From positions 1-56,334 of IMG/VR virus record IMGVR_UViG_3300049926_000055: a DNA stretch of 56,334 nucleotides; one strand, given 5' to 3'. The position numbers and the translations under genes are program-made. This DNA comes from a virus (lineage: Duplodnaviria; Caudoviricetes). Below are positions 20,386 through 29,134 of this stretch, in pieces. The notes under the pieces are model-generated. The model had not been told where the DNA came from. It saw only the letters and a program-made list of their open reading frames with translations, and ran no database searches. How positions within the stretch are numbered: position 1 is the first letter of the stretch; every line of letters starts with the position of its first letter.

Positions 20386-20700
20386 ATGAACGATGCTACG
20401 GCAGACCCCGGGTCAGAGCCCTTCGCCCACCGATCCGAATCGTTGGGCCGCGCGCTCGCCGACCTCCTGAGCGGCGCCCCCGACGCCACCCCGCAAGAGC
20501 AGGCCACGCACGTCCGCAAGGTCACCGAGAGGCTCACCGAGGACTGGCAAACACACGACCGGCCGCCCCGCGTCGAGATCTGCGTCGACTGCGAACAACC
20601 CACCCGCGAGCCCACCCTCGTCCGCTGCGTCGAAGTCGGCTCCGGCCCCGGCGGCATGCTGTACGCCTGCCCCGACTGCGCACCCCGCTACGCCGCATGA
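20386..20700 (+). CDS. Small Zn-ribbon protein
   Basis: CVDC...GSGPGGMLYACPDC; divergent from GntR. Confidence 0.6.
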   Translation: MNDATADPGSEPFAHRSESLGRALADLLSGAPDATPQEQATHVRKVTERLTEDWQTHDRPPRVEICVDCEQPTREPTLVRCVEVGSGPGGMLYACPDCAPRYAA

Positions 20701-20903
20701 CCGCGCCCACCCTCCCCCTCTCGGCCGAGTGCGACATGGCCGCCGACCGGAATGACGCGGAGCTGCACGGCTGGTGCCGCCAAGCCAAGGACGTTCGGTT
20801 GCCGGGGGCACCGCTGGGGCCGCTGCTGGCCACTGCGTGGTGCCGCTGCTGGTGCCACGGAACGAACCCGACGGCTACTCCTCCGACGCGAGGAGCACGG
20901 TGA
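20697..20903 (+). CDS. Small Cys/His-rich protein
   Basis: ATGA overlap; LSAEC...HGWC...CRCWCH. Confidence 0.55.
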   Translation: MTAPTLPLSAECDMAADRNDAELHGWCRQAKDVRLPGAPLGPLLATAWCRCWCHGTNPTATPPTRGAR

Positions 20904-21117
20904 GCGGCACATCGAGGGCGTCGGCCAGCAGCAGGAGATCGGTGAGCGACGGATCGCTCAGCGCATACTCCCACCGGTGGATCGTCTTGTGATCCCGGCC
21001 GATCGCCTCACCGAGTGTCCACTGCGTCAAGTTCGCATACTCGCGGGCCTCTCGGATGCGGTAGCCGATGGCCCGTCGGCGCGCGAGCACCCAGTCAGGT
21101 AACGGATCAAGCGGCAT
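20875..21117 (-). CDS. XRE-family HTH regulator
   Basis: IGYRIREAREYANLTQWTLGEAIGRDHKTIHRWE...LADALDVPL. Confidence 0.88.
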   Translation of the reverse strand: MPLDPLPDWVLARRRAIGYRIREAREYANLTQWTLGEAIGRDHKTIHRWEYALSDPSLTDLLLLADALDVPLTVLLASEE

Positions 21118-21150
21118 CCGCCCAACGCTGGGCCGATCATGACCAAAAGT

Positions 21151-21170
21151 CTTTACCTGGCCAGGTAAAG
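21151..21170. promoter_or_regulatory. Perfect 20-bp palindrome, likely operator of the adjacent XRE
   Basis: CTTTACCTGGCCAGGTAAAG upstream of the XRE start. Confidence 0.7.
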
Positions 21171-21184
21171 CCTGTGATCTAAAA

Positions 21185-21475
21185 CACAGACGCTGGCGCG
21201 ACGGACCGACGCCCCGGCCGCGTAGAACAGGCGTGGGCGGGAGCGTTCACGGCGCATATATGCAACCCCCCGCAACGCTAGCCGCCGACAGGACCGTCAC
21301 ACAGGATTGGTGCTGGAGCCGTGTCCCCGCTCCGCATCGCACACCGGCCGCCCCCACGCGGCTCCGGAGCGACACGATCGCGGGCGTACGCGTATCCGCC
21401 CGGATCGCGTCGTTAGATGCTCAGCTTCGGCCAGAGCATCCCGCCCCGCCTCTGAACCGAGGCGGGGCGGTTTAC
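21185..21475 (+). ncRNA. Candidate structured non-coding RNA
   Basis: Consecutive hairpins, a C(UUCG)G tetraloop and a terminal GC stem followed by TTT; no credible ORF. Confidence 0.45.
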
Positions 21476-21486
21476 GTTGTACGCAG

Positions 21487-21521
21487 AGAAGGCCCGCCGG
21501 ACACATGCCGGCGGGCCTTCC
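21487..21521. terminator. Strong stem-loop
   Basis: AAGGCCCGCCGG-acacatg-CCGGCGGGCCTT. Confidence 0.6.
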
Positions 21522-21687
21522 TCCTGTGGTCCCAACCTCCCCGTCGGGAACTCACAGGCACGCGGAGGGCGCGCATCAGCGCGTGGGGGGAGCTACGCCA
21601 ACCCCCTCCGCATCCCGCATGCTACGCCAGATGCATGGGCGGGCCACTCACTCTTTCGAGTGATGGTAGCCATCATGATCGGCGGGG

Positions 21688-21708
21688 ATGTGGACTCTAT
21701 GCGGACTC
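21688..21708. repeat. Integrase arm-type sites (left)
   Basis: ATGTGGACTC-t-ATGCGGACTC tandem. Confidence 0.7.
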
Positions 21709-21720
21709 TGATCATGATTG

Positions 21721-21750
21721 AGCCCCCTCCGTTCGATTACGGAAGGGGCT
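21721..21750 (-). terminator. Stem-loop downstream of the tRNA fragment
   Basis: AGCCCCcTCCGT...ACGGAAGGGGCT just 3' of the tRNA half on the minus strand. Confidence 0.6.
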
Positions 21751-21760
21751 CTGACCTGCG

Positions 21761-21802
21761 TGCCCCAGGCAGGATTCGAACCTGCGACACCCGCTTTAGG
21801 AG
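21761..21802 (-). other. attP: attP core: 3' half of tRNA-Arg(CCT)
   Basis: Minus strand CTCCTAAAGCGGGTGTCGCAGGTTCGAATCCTGCCTGGGGCA (anticodon loop, T arm, acceptor); no 5' half; next to integrase. Confidence 0.85.
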
Positions 21803-21926
21803 ATCACGTACACCCAAATGTGCAGATGAGAGCACCTGAGACCACCTGAAAGTACCTTGGGAGCGGGATCACAGACCAAGATCGACTGCAATCAGAACCA
21901 CCCGAAAGTCGATCTTGGCAGGGGTG

Positions 21927-21947
21927 ATGTGGACTCCATGTGGACTC
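21927..21947. repeat. Integrase arm-type sites (right)
   Basis: ATGTGGACTC-c-ATGTGGACTC tandem. Confidence 0.7.
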
Positions 21948-21953
21948 CACCCC

Positions 21954-23207
21954 TCACACCGCCCTCAACGTTCGAACAGCCGCCAACGGAGCCTCCATCC
22001 GCACCCGCACCTCCGCCGCCACATCCTCACCCGCATGCTGATAGATCCACGTCACCTTCGACCCGCGATCGTGACCCATCACCGTCTGCGTGTCCTTCTC
22101 CGGAATCCCCAGATCCTTCATCCACGTCGCGAACGTGTGCCGCAGATCATGCACCCGGGGCCACCACTCCTCGCGGCCCGTATCCGGTGACGTCACCATC
22201 CGCGCCAGACCCGCAGCTTTGATGGCCGGCAGCCACGTCCGCCGGAAGTTGTGCCGCGTCAGCAGACCGCCCTGCGGCCCACGGAACACGAGCTCCTCAT
22301 CGTGCATGCCGCCGTCGATCGCCGACTGCGTCCGTGCCGGCCGCCACTGCGCGACCATCGTCTCCACCGCGGCAACCGCTGCCGCGGTCAGCGGGACCGT
22401 CCGGAACCCGGCCGCGGTCTTCGGCGCGGCCTGCCGGAACAGCTTCCCCCGGTCGTCACTGAGCACTTCCTTTACCTTGACGTGCTGAGCCTCCAGATCC
22501 ACATGACACCACCGCAGCCCCGTCACCTCACCCCACCGCATGCCCGTATCCGCGAGGAACCGCACCAACGGCTGGTAGTACATCGGCATGTGCTCAAGGA
22601 TCAACTCCACCTGCGCACGCGACGGCGGCCGCAACTCATCCGGATGCTTCCCAGCCGCAGTCTCGACAACGACCTCAGCGCACGGATTGAAGGGGATCCG
22701 CTTCCCGTCACGCACCGCATCCCGCAGCATCGCCCGCAGCAACTCCAACACCTTCCGCTGCGTGTGATGCCCCTTCACATCGTTGGACAGCCAGCCCTGC
22801 ACCGCCATGTACTCGATATCGCACAACCGGTAGGAGCCCCACTTCGGCGCCACGTGCGCGTTCCACGCGGACAGCTTCCGGTTCGTCGTCGTCGTCCGCC
22901 GCTTCGGCTGCGCCGGCCACCACGTCTCCCACCACTTCGCGAGCGTGATCTCTCCGCGCTTGGGGTCGCTGTACGTGCGGCGCCGCACCCGGGTGCGGAT
23001 GTCGTCGAGGAAGTCGTCCGCATCCTTCTTCTTGGTGAAGTTCTTCGCGCACTGCTTCCCCGTCGGGTCCCGGTAACGGGCCTGCCACGATCCGGTGCAG
23101 TCCCGGCGCCGCTTCCGCTCAGGCTCCGGGTACGCCTCAATGCACTTGTGGCAGCCGCAGGACTTGCTGCGCTTCTGCCTCGGGTTCTCAGTCGCCTTAC
23201 GCGCCAC
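21954..23207 (-). CDS. int: Tyrosine integrase
   Basis: TGMRWGEVTGL, HDLRHTFAT, MGH...TWIYQH catalytic motifs; WQARYRDP arm-binding N-terminus. Confidence 0.95.
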   Translation of the reverse strand: MARKATENPRQKRSKSCGCHKCIEAYPEPERKRRRDCTGSWQARYRDPTGKQCAKNFTKKKDADDFLDDIRTRVRRRTYSDPKRGEITLAKWWETWWPAQPKRRTTTTNRKLSAWNAHVAPKWGSYRLCDIEYMAVQGWLSNDVKGHHTQRKVLELLRAMLRDAVRDGKRIPFNPCAEVVVETAAGKHPDELRPPSRAQVELILEHMPMYYQPLVRFLADTGMRWGEVTGLRWCHVDLEAQHVKVKEVLSDDRGKLFRQAAPKTAAGFRTVPLTAAAVAAVETMVAQWRPARTQSAIDGGMHDEELVFRGPQGGLLTRHNFRRTWLPAIKAAGLARMVTSPDTGREEWWPRVHDLRHTFATWMKDLGIPEKDTQTVMGHDRGSKVTWIYQHAGEDVAAEVRVRMEAPLAAVRTLRAV

Positions 23208-23445
23208 GTGCCACGACCTCCCTCATCTGGACGGGGCCCCGGCGCACCACCGCCGCCATGTCGATGACGGCCCCGCACAAGCAGACTGCCCCCACCGGCG
23301 ACTGTGGCGCGCCGAGTTCTTCGAGAACCGCCCGTACCGCGTACGTGGCGTGCTTGGCGTCGAGGCCGGCGGGGACGGTGATGATTTTCCGGTCCGGGTC
23401 GAACGGCACGGTGACGCGGGCAGAGAGCTGGACGGTGACACACAC
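23197..23445 (-). CDS. Small hypothetical protein between repressor and integrase
   Basis: FDPDRKIITVPAGL...CLCG; overlaps int start; start codon uncertain. Confidence 0.5.
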   Translation of the reverse strand: MCVTVQLSARVTVPFDPDRKIITVPAGLDAKHATYAVRAVLEELGAPQSPVGAVCLCGAVIDMAAVVRRGPVQMREVVARGA

Positions 23446-23608
23446 AGAGTCCCCCAGGGATCGCCGGGACGAATGGGACCAGTGGGGGAGCACTGGGTTC
23501 GACCGACGTTAGACCACCATCAGGTGGTTTTGGGAGGGGTTTGACTGCATCGCGTTCACGAGGTGTGCACAACTAGTGAGTAGGCGTTCAGACTCTGACT
23601 CACGAGAC

Positions 23609-23965
23609 CTACGAACGGTTGTGCTCCGCGAGGGCCTGCATCTCAATGATTTTGGCCCGCTGCTGCTCCTCCGTGAGCTGCTCGAAGTACTTCAGCAGCC
23701 GCTCGGTCGCCTCGGGCGTCAACGGGCCGGGAGTCTCACGGCCGACGGCGGCGAAGATCTCTTCCCGGCTGAACTTGGGGAACTCCTCCGCGAGCCTCTC
23801 CAGCGTCGCGGGGCGCGGGGCGATCCGGCGGCGGTGCACCCAGTTGTTGACCGTGGTGATGGAGATGCCAAGACGGCGCGCGATCGCCGACTCATTGACG
23901 TTGTACTCGTCCTTGAGCCGCTTGATCAGCTGCGCGAAGTCCTCGCCACGCTCCGGTGTGTCCAC
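23609..23965 (-). CDS. Immunity repressor (XRE HTH)
   Basis: NESAIARRLGISITTVNNW HTH; divergent from cro-like gene, upstream of int. Confidence 0.82.
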   Translation of the reverse strand: MDTPERGEDFAQLIKRLKDEYNVNESAIARRLGISITTVNNWVHRRRIAPRPATLERLAEEFPKFSREEIFAAVGRETPGPLTPEATERLLKYFEQLTEEQQRAKIIEMQALAEHNRS

Positions 23966-23986
23966 GCGGTAAGGATGACCTCCACC

Positions 23987-24013
23987 TTCCACTTTTCGCA
24001 AGTGAAAGTGGAA
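23987..24013. promoter_or_regulatory. Inverted repeat upstream of repressor (operator)
   Basis: TTCCACTTT-9 nt-AAAGTGGAA. Confidence 0.6.
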
Positions 24014-24149
24014 GCGTGGCGCGTTTCATACGCAGCGCACAGCGCCTCCCGGACGTACCTGGCGTACGCCCCAGAGCCCAGACAATAGAACGCACATTCG
24101 ACACGCGCCACCCCAGCGTCAGGATCCTCTGAGATACACGCAAGTCCTC

Positions 24150-24186
24150 TTGACTAACTACAACTGCAACTATATAAATGTTGCAG
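24150..24186 (+). promoter_or_regulatory. Early lytic promoter with overlapping operator
   Basis: TTGACT-17 nt-TATAAA; CTGCAAC-9 nt-GTTGCAG; related ACTGCAACTGCAAC at 24485. Confidence 0.65.
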
Positions 24187-24232
24187 CGGCGCCAATCCGG
24201 GCCACTAGGCCACAACGAGGCATGGGGTGCAC

Positions 24233-24589
24233 ATGTGCAAGGTGATTCGCAAGAGCGGCGGCCAGCCACTCAGAGACGCCATGGCGAAAGCCGGGCTCTC
24301 CGGGCCGGCGCTCGCCGAACTCACCAAGCGGATCGACCCCACCGGCAAAGGCGTCAGCTCCAGCACCGTCGGCAACCTCGCCGGCCAAGGCAAGAGCGCG
24401 CAGGACGAATGCCGGATCCGCACCGCGTACCTCATCGCCCTGGCCACTGGAGCCCCCTTCCAGGACCTATTCAGCCTGCCCCCCACTGCAACTGCAACAT
24501 TGGAAAGGTCACAGTCTTATGCCGAACACCGTCACAGCGTCGGTCACGCCACTCCCGGCCGGCCTCACCCCGCGCCTCAAGACCACTGA
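24233..24589 (+). CDS. Cro-like HTH protein
   Basis: LRDAMAKAGLSGPALAE...VSSSTVGNL...IALATGAPFQDLF. Confidence 0.75.
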   Translation: MCKVIRKSGGQPLRDAMAKAGLSGPALAELTKRIDPTGKGVSSSTVGNLAGQGKSAQDECRIRTAYLIALATGAPFQDLFSLPPTATATLERSQSYAEHRHSVGHATPGRPHPAPQDH

Positions 24590-24788
24590 GCTGGCCCGCC
24601 TACACAGCGTCTCGCTGTCCACGGTCGGCAACTGGGTCCGCAAGGGGTGCCCGTTTCACCGCCTCCCCGGCGGCGACCGCCGCTTCGACCCGACCGAGGT
24701 CGAGGTGTGGATGCGAGAGCAGGCGGACGGTGTCGAGGAGTTCGTCACCGAGCGGGCCTCCCGAGCCCGCGCCGCCCGCAGCGCCTGA
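24519..24788 (+). CDS. Excisionase-like HTH protein
   Basis: LKTTELARLHSVSLSTVGNW...LPGGDRRFDPTEVEVW; RBS gaaagg. Confidence 0.78.
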   Translation: MPNTVTASVTPLPAGLTPRLKTTELARLHSVSLSTVGNWVRKGCPFHRLPGGDRRFDPTEVEVWMREQADGVEEFVTERASRARAARSA

Positions 24789-24901
24789 CAACTCGGCCCT
24801 CTTCTCCCCCCACGTAAAGCGGGGCCACCCCGGACGCGCATCCGGAAGCAGCCCCCACAGCACTCTGCCCCACCCAACACACCGAAAGTGAGGCGTCGGC
24901 C

Positions 24902-25300
24902 ATGTCCGATAAGCCTAACGACTTCCCTCCCACCAGCCGCACCACGGTCACCATCGGCCGGATCCCCGCCCCGCCGTCCGAGTTCGAGCGCACCAGCGAC
25001 AACCGCTTCGCCGTGGACGCGCTGCTCGGCTACACGCAACTCCCCGCACCGAGCATCACCGCCCATGCCGACGCGGTGTACGTGACCGTCACCGACGTCG
25101 ATGACCTGGAGCCGTGGCTGGTCCGCCTCGGTGGCGTAATCCACGTGGACGAGTCAGCGCGTGAGGGCTTGCAGTTGTGGACGCTGAACACGGCGACCCC
25201 GCCGCGTAAGGACGGGTCACAGGTGCCGATCCGGGTGACGGCCGTGGTGGTCGTCGGCGAGTTCGTGCTCTCTGGTCTTCAGTCAGCGGTGGCGGCATGA
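24902..25300 (+). CDS. Hypothetical early protein
   Basis: RBS gaaagtgagg; coupled operon. Confidence 0.6.
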   Translation: MSDKPNDFPPTSRTTVTIGRIPAPPSEFERTSDNRFAVDALLGYTQLPAPSITAHADAVYVTVTDVDDLEPWLVRLGGVIHVDESAREGLQLWTLNTATPPRKDGSQVPIRVTAVVVVGEFVLSGLQSAVAA

Positions 25301-25869
25301 GGACGAAGGCGATCACCGCGCTCGCAGACGTGATCTGCCGGGCGCAGCAGCAGGACCGGACACCCGCGGGCATTGCCTTCGCCATCGAGTCCGCGGGGAT
25401 GTTGCAGTCCCCGGAGACGGCCGCCGAGCTGGAGCACCTGCGGAACCAGGTCGACGAGCTCGCAGCCACCTCTTGGCGGTACCGCACCGCCTGGCGCAGG
25501 GCTCGTACCCGCGCCCTCTCGACGGGCGGCGCCGCCGACCGGTACGCCGCCCGGGCGGCCGAGTTGCAGACCGCTTTGCAGGACAGCCTCGTCGGTGTTC
25601 TGGGCGCACAGCTCGAGCGCAACGAGTTGGAGAAGGCGAACCTCGAAGCGGCTGAGCGGGCGCAGAAGGTCATCAACGAACTGCGGGCTCGGGTCGCTGA
25701 GCTTGAGGCCGCGGCTGATGAGTCCCGTCCGGTGGATGAGGACCCCATCGCGTACGAGCTGACCCCGGCCGCCCTCGTCGAGGACCCGCGCCCGGCACTG
25801 GTGAAGCTCAAGGCCCCCGAGACCGTCGCCCGCCTGCGCTGGCTGCTGGGTGGTGGCCCTCGTGGCTGA
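25297..25869 (+). CDS. Hypothetical coiled-coil protein
   Basis: ATGA overlap; LRARVAELE; RPVDEDPIAY. Confidence 0.65.
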   Translation: MRTKAITALADVICRAQQQDRTPAGIAFAIESAGMLQSPETAAELEHLRNQVDELAATSWRYRTAWRRARTRALSTGGAADRYAARAAELQTALQDSLVGVLGAQLERNELEKANLEAAERAQKVINELRARVAELEAAADESRPVDEDPIAYELTPAALVEDPRPALVKLKAPETVARLRWLLGGGPRG

Positions 25870-26071
25870 CGTCCTGCATCCCGCCCCGGTCCTCGACGCG
25901 GCCGCGAACGAGCTGCGCCACCTGTTGGCCCTCGGCTGGCACCCGCGGTGGATCGTCCGCAACGCACGCCTGTGGTGGTACTCGCGCCGTCACCCCGCGT
26001 ACCACGCCGGGCAGCTCGCGGAGCAGCGCCACCTCCTCGACCCGCCGCCGGTGGTGGTCCCCAGTGAGTGA
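25862..26071 (+). CDS. Hypothetical protein
   Basis: Overlap-coupled GTG; LAEQRHLLDP. Confidence 0.5.
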   Translation: MADVLHPAPVLDAAANELRHLLALGWHPRWIVRNARLWWYSRRHPAYHAGQLAEQRHLLDPPPVVVPSE

Positions 26072-26189
26072 CGAACTCTTCGTGCTCCTCCCTCTCCTCG
26101 CCATCTGCGCGTGGGTCGCGTTCTGCGCCCTGATGAACCACTGGGCCGAACCCCTCACCGTCCCCGACGCGACCGGACCCGGGCCGTGA
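26064..26189 (+). CDS. Small membrane peptide
   Basis: MSDELFVLLPLLAICAWVAFCALMNHW...*. Confidence 0.45.
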   Translation: MSDELFVLLPLLAICAWVAFCALMNHWAEPLTVPDATGPGP

Positions 26190-26302
26190 GGCCCGCGCCG
26201 CACTCACCGCGCCCCAGCCCATGCCCACCGGCCGGCACCGCGACCCGCGTTCGGCCACACCGCCCTTCACCTACCGCCCGCTTCGCACCACCGGGGGAAC
26301 CC

Positions 26303-26656
26303 ATGCGCGCTGACCTGAAGATCGGCCTCCACGCCGACAAGCTCACCCCCTACCTGCGGGCCGACGGCATCCGCTACGACACCCTCGTTGCCCTCGCCGC
26401 CGCGTTGATGGACGACCCGGACAACGATTTGATCAACCGGCTTCACGAGCTCGGCCACGCCGTCACCGGGCACCCGGGCGACGGGGAGATCGACGCGCTC
26501 ATCGGCGACGTCGAGGACCTGGCGGACATGGGCCGGGCGCAGATGACGCTGACGCGGGATGAGCTGCGGCAGCTGGCCCGCGAAGCAGCCGACGCGTGCA
26601 ACGCGCTCACCCCGGCGCTCGTGCCGCAGCAGCGCGAGGGTGGTGCTGCCGCATGA
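26303..26656 (+). CDS. Hypothetical protein
   Basis: RBS gggggaa; MRADLKIGLHADKL. Confidence 0.6.
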   Translation: MRADLKIGLHADKLTPYLRADGIRYDTLVALAAALMDDPDNDLINRLHELGHAVTGHPGDGEIDALIGDVEDLADMGRAQMTLTRDELRQLAREAADACNALTPALVPQQREGGAAA

Positions 26657-27111
26657 ACGCCGCCGACCACCTGCACGAGGCCATCGTTGAGGGCTGCACC
26701 CGCGACGACCACAACCACATCGCCGACCACCGCGCCGAGGTGCTGCGCGAGTTCGCGGACCGCCTGGCCCGGCGCGCCACGCTCTACGGCGACAGCCGGA
26801 CCGTGCACGAGGTCATGCGCGACCTCGACCGCCTGGCCACCGACGCAGGGAAGGGCACCGCGTCGAGCGGCGAGTCCACCCAGCCCGCCGACTTCTTCCA
26901 GCCCGGACGCACCTACACCTACGGCGGCAACGGGTTCACCGCACCCGAACTGATCACCACCTTCCGCGTCGACAGCGTCACCACCCACCCCGAGACCGGA
27001 CACCGGTACGCCTTCGGCTGGGCCCGCCAGGGCTTCGAAAAGTGGATCCCCTACTCCGAGCCCGAGGGCGACTTCGCCGCCTTCACCGAGGCCTCCGGAG
27101 GCGACGCCTGA
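26653..27111 (+). CDS. Hypothetical protein
   Basis: ATGA overlap; DFFQPGRTY motif. Confidence 0.6.
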   Translation: MNAADHLHEAIVEGCTRDDHNHIADHRAEVLREFADRLARRATLYGDSRTVHEVMRDLDRLATDAGKGTASSGESTQPADFFQPGRTYTYGGNGFTAPELITTFRVDSVTTHPETGHRYAFGWARQGFEKWIPYSEPEGDFAAFTEASGGDA

Positions 27112-28028
27112 TGACGACTACGACCACGACCGGGGCCACCGCCCCGGCCGGCGGCCGCCGCCGCAAGGCCGCCGCCCCCGCACCCACCGGCACCGACCGC
27201 ATCCCCCAGCCCTCACAGGGCTGGTACCGCGACCCGGTCACCGGCGACAAGCTCCGCCGCGTCACCACGATCCTCAGCCAGGGCTTCCCCAAGCCCGGGC
27301 TCGTCTTCTGGTCCGCCAACCTCACCGCAGCCGACGCCTTCGCCACCCTCCCCACCCTCGTCAACGCCTCCCTCCACCCGGCCGAGAAGGAAGCCGCCTA
27401 CGACTGGCTCCGCAAAGGCCACATCCGCAAGAAGGAAGAACGCGGCGACATCGGGACGGCAGCACACACGCTCGTCGAGTCGCACGTCCTCGGCACCCCG
27501 TTGTCCGAGGAGCTACTCAACGACCCCGAGATGGCCCCGTACCTCGACAACTTCCTCCGCTTCGTCGCCGACTGGGAAGTCGAATTCGAGGCGTCGGAAA
27601 TGACCGTCGGCAACTACGCCCACGGCTACGCCGGGAAGCTCGACTACCTCTTCCGCTCCCGCCTCATCGCCGCCGCGCTGAAGGTGGCCGCCGACACGCT
27701 GTTCCTCGGCGACACCAAGACCGGCGGCGAGCTCGACGAGAAGGGCGTGTACCCGGAGGCCGGCCTGCAGATGTCGGCGTACCGGTGCGCCGAGGTCTGC
27801 TGGCTGCGGGACGGCACACAGATCCCGATGCCGAAGATCCACGACGTGGGGATCGTCCTGCACCTGCGGCCCGAGGGCTACCGGCCGATGCCGCTGAAGT
27901 GCGGTGACGACGTGTTCGCCGCGTTCCTCCACGTGCAGCAGGTCGCCGAGTTCGAGCGCGTCCTGTCCAAGTCCGTCGTCGGCGCGCCCCTCGCCCTCCC
28001 CACCATCACCGAAGAGGGGGCCGCCTGA
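27111..28028 (+). CDS. PD-(D/E)XK exonuclease (RecE/Cas4-like, recombination)
   Basis: RRVTTIL, GTAAH, ASEMTV, YAGKLD, GDTKTG and LQMSAY motifs. Confidence 0.82.
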   Translation: MTTTTTTGATAPAGGRRRKAAAPAPTGTDRIPQPSQGWYRDPVTGDKLRRVTTILSQGFPKPGLVFWSANLTAADAFATLPTLVNASLHPAEKEAAYDWLRKGHIRKKEERGDIGTAAHTLVESHVLGTPLSEELLNDPEMAPYLDNFLRFVADWEVEFEASEMTVGNYAHGYAGKLDYLFRSRLIAAALKVAADTLFLGDTKTGGELDEKGVYPEAGLQMSAYRCAEVCWLRDGTQIPMPKIHDVGIVLHLRPEGYRPMPLKCGDDVFAAFLHVQQVAEFERVLSKSVVGAPLALPTITEEGAA

Positions 28029-29134
28029 TGCCCATCCTTGACCTCCAGATGCGGATGCGTCAGCTCGGCGAAATCCGCATCGGCCACACCATCGACACCG
28101 GCCGCACCGACAAGAACGGCAAGGCCATCAAGCGGCCCGCCAAGCTCAACGCGTTCCGCTTCACCAGCCCCTCCCGCGAGATCCTCACCAGCGTCGCCGA
28201 CCTGTACGGCGGCGAGGTCAAGCCCTGGACCCCCGCCAACGGCGGCCCGTCCGAGTTCGAGGTGTACTCCACCACCAACCGCCTCCCCGTCCTCATCCCC
28301 CCGCGCGACGCCGTATCCCAGTGGTACGAGCTGTACGCCGGATCCAAGTGCCAGCGCCGCTGCGACGGAGTCACCGAGCACAAGTCCGACCGGCCGTGCG
28401 TGTGCAACCCCGAGAAGCGGGACTGCAAGATCACCACCCGCGTGAACGTCATGCTCCGCGACGTCGCCGCCCTCGGCCAGTGGCTGCTCATCTCCAAGGG
28501 CTACTACGCCGGGGTCACCCTGCCGCCCGCCGCCGAACTCCTCGCCCAGGCCGGCGGGTACGTCGCCGGATGGCTCGGCATGGAGGAGAAGAGCGTCGTC
28601 ACCGACGACGGCACGAATCGCTTCTCTATCCCGACGCTGGACGTCGAGATCACCCCGACCGCACTCATGGCCGGACAGATGACCGGCGCGCAGGCCGTGG
28701 CGTCCGGCCCGGAGCGGGTCGCCATCACCGGCGGCCGCCCCGATTATGCGGCGCTCGCCGCGGTGGCGACGACGTCCGCCGAGGTCGCCGATCTGTACCG
28801 GCAGGCGGTCGCTGCCGGGCACATGGACAAGGAGCTCGCCGCCGTGCTCACGGCCCGGGGTGAGGCGCTGAAGCCGAAGCCCGCCACGCCCGCGCCCACA
28901 CCGCCGCCGCCCGCCCCGGTGCCCGACGCAGAGGGCGTGGTTGAGGCCGAGCTCGTCGATGACGACGTCACCGAGATCTGGTTCCAGATCATCGCCGCTG
29001 CCGGCCGCCACAACCTCACCACCGATGAGGTGACCGCCGAGTTCGCTCAGCAGCACGGCGGGCTGCACCCCTCCACCGCGTCCGCCGAGCAGCTGCGCGG
29101 CTTCCTCACCATCCTGAAGGGAGCCCGCGCATGA
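28028..29134 (+). CDS. Gp3-like protein (often annotated recombination directionality factor); candidate strand-annealing partner
   Basis: QLGEIRIG...RPAKLNAFRFTS...CQRRCDG...CKITTRVNVML; follows exonuclease. Confidence 0.6.
   Translation: MPILDLQMRMRQLGEIRIGHTIDTGRTDKNGKAIKRPAKLNAFRFTSPSREILTSVADLYGGEVKPWTPANGGPSEFEVYSTTNRLPVLIPPRDAVSQWYELYAGSKCQRRCDGVTEHKSDRPCVCNPEKRDCKITTRVNVMLRDVAALGQWLLISKGYYAGVTLPPAAELLAQAGGYVAGWLGMEEKSVVTDDGTNRFSIPTLDVEITPTALMAGQMTGAQAVASGPERVAITGGRPDYAALAAVATTSAEVADLYRQAVAAGHMDKELAAVLTARGEALKPKPATPAPTPPPPAPVPDAEGVVEAELVDDDVTEIWFQIIAAAGRHNLTTDEVTAEFAQQHGGLHPSTASAEQLRGFLTILKGARA

Noticed and set aside
21233-21721. 162-aa ORF in the attP-proximal region
   Set aside because: No RBS or codon bias; overlaps several strong hairpins
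21755-21835. Complete tRNA gene
   Set aside because: Only anticodon loop to acceptor is present; no D arm or 5' acceptor strand, so it is an attP core
27111-28028. CRISPR-associated Cas4
   Set aside because: No Fe-S cysteine cluster and no CRISPR context; ordinary phage recombination exonuclease
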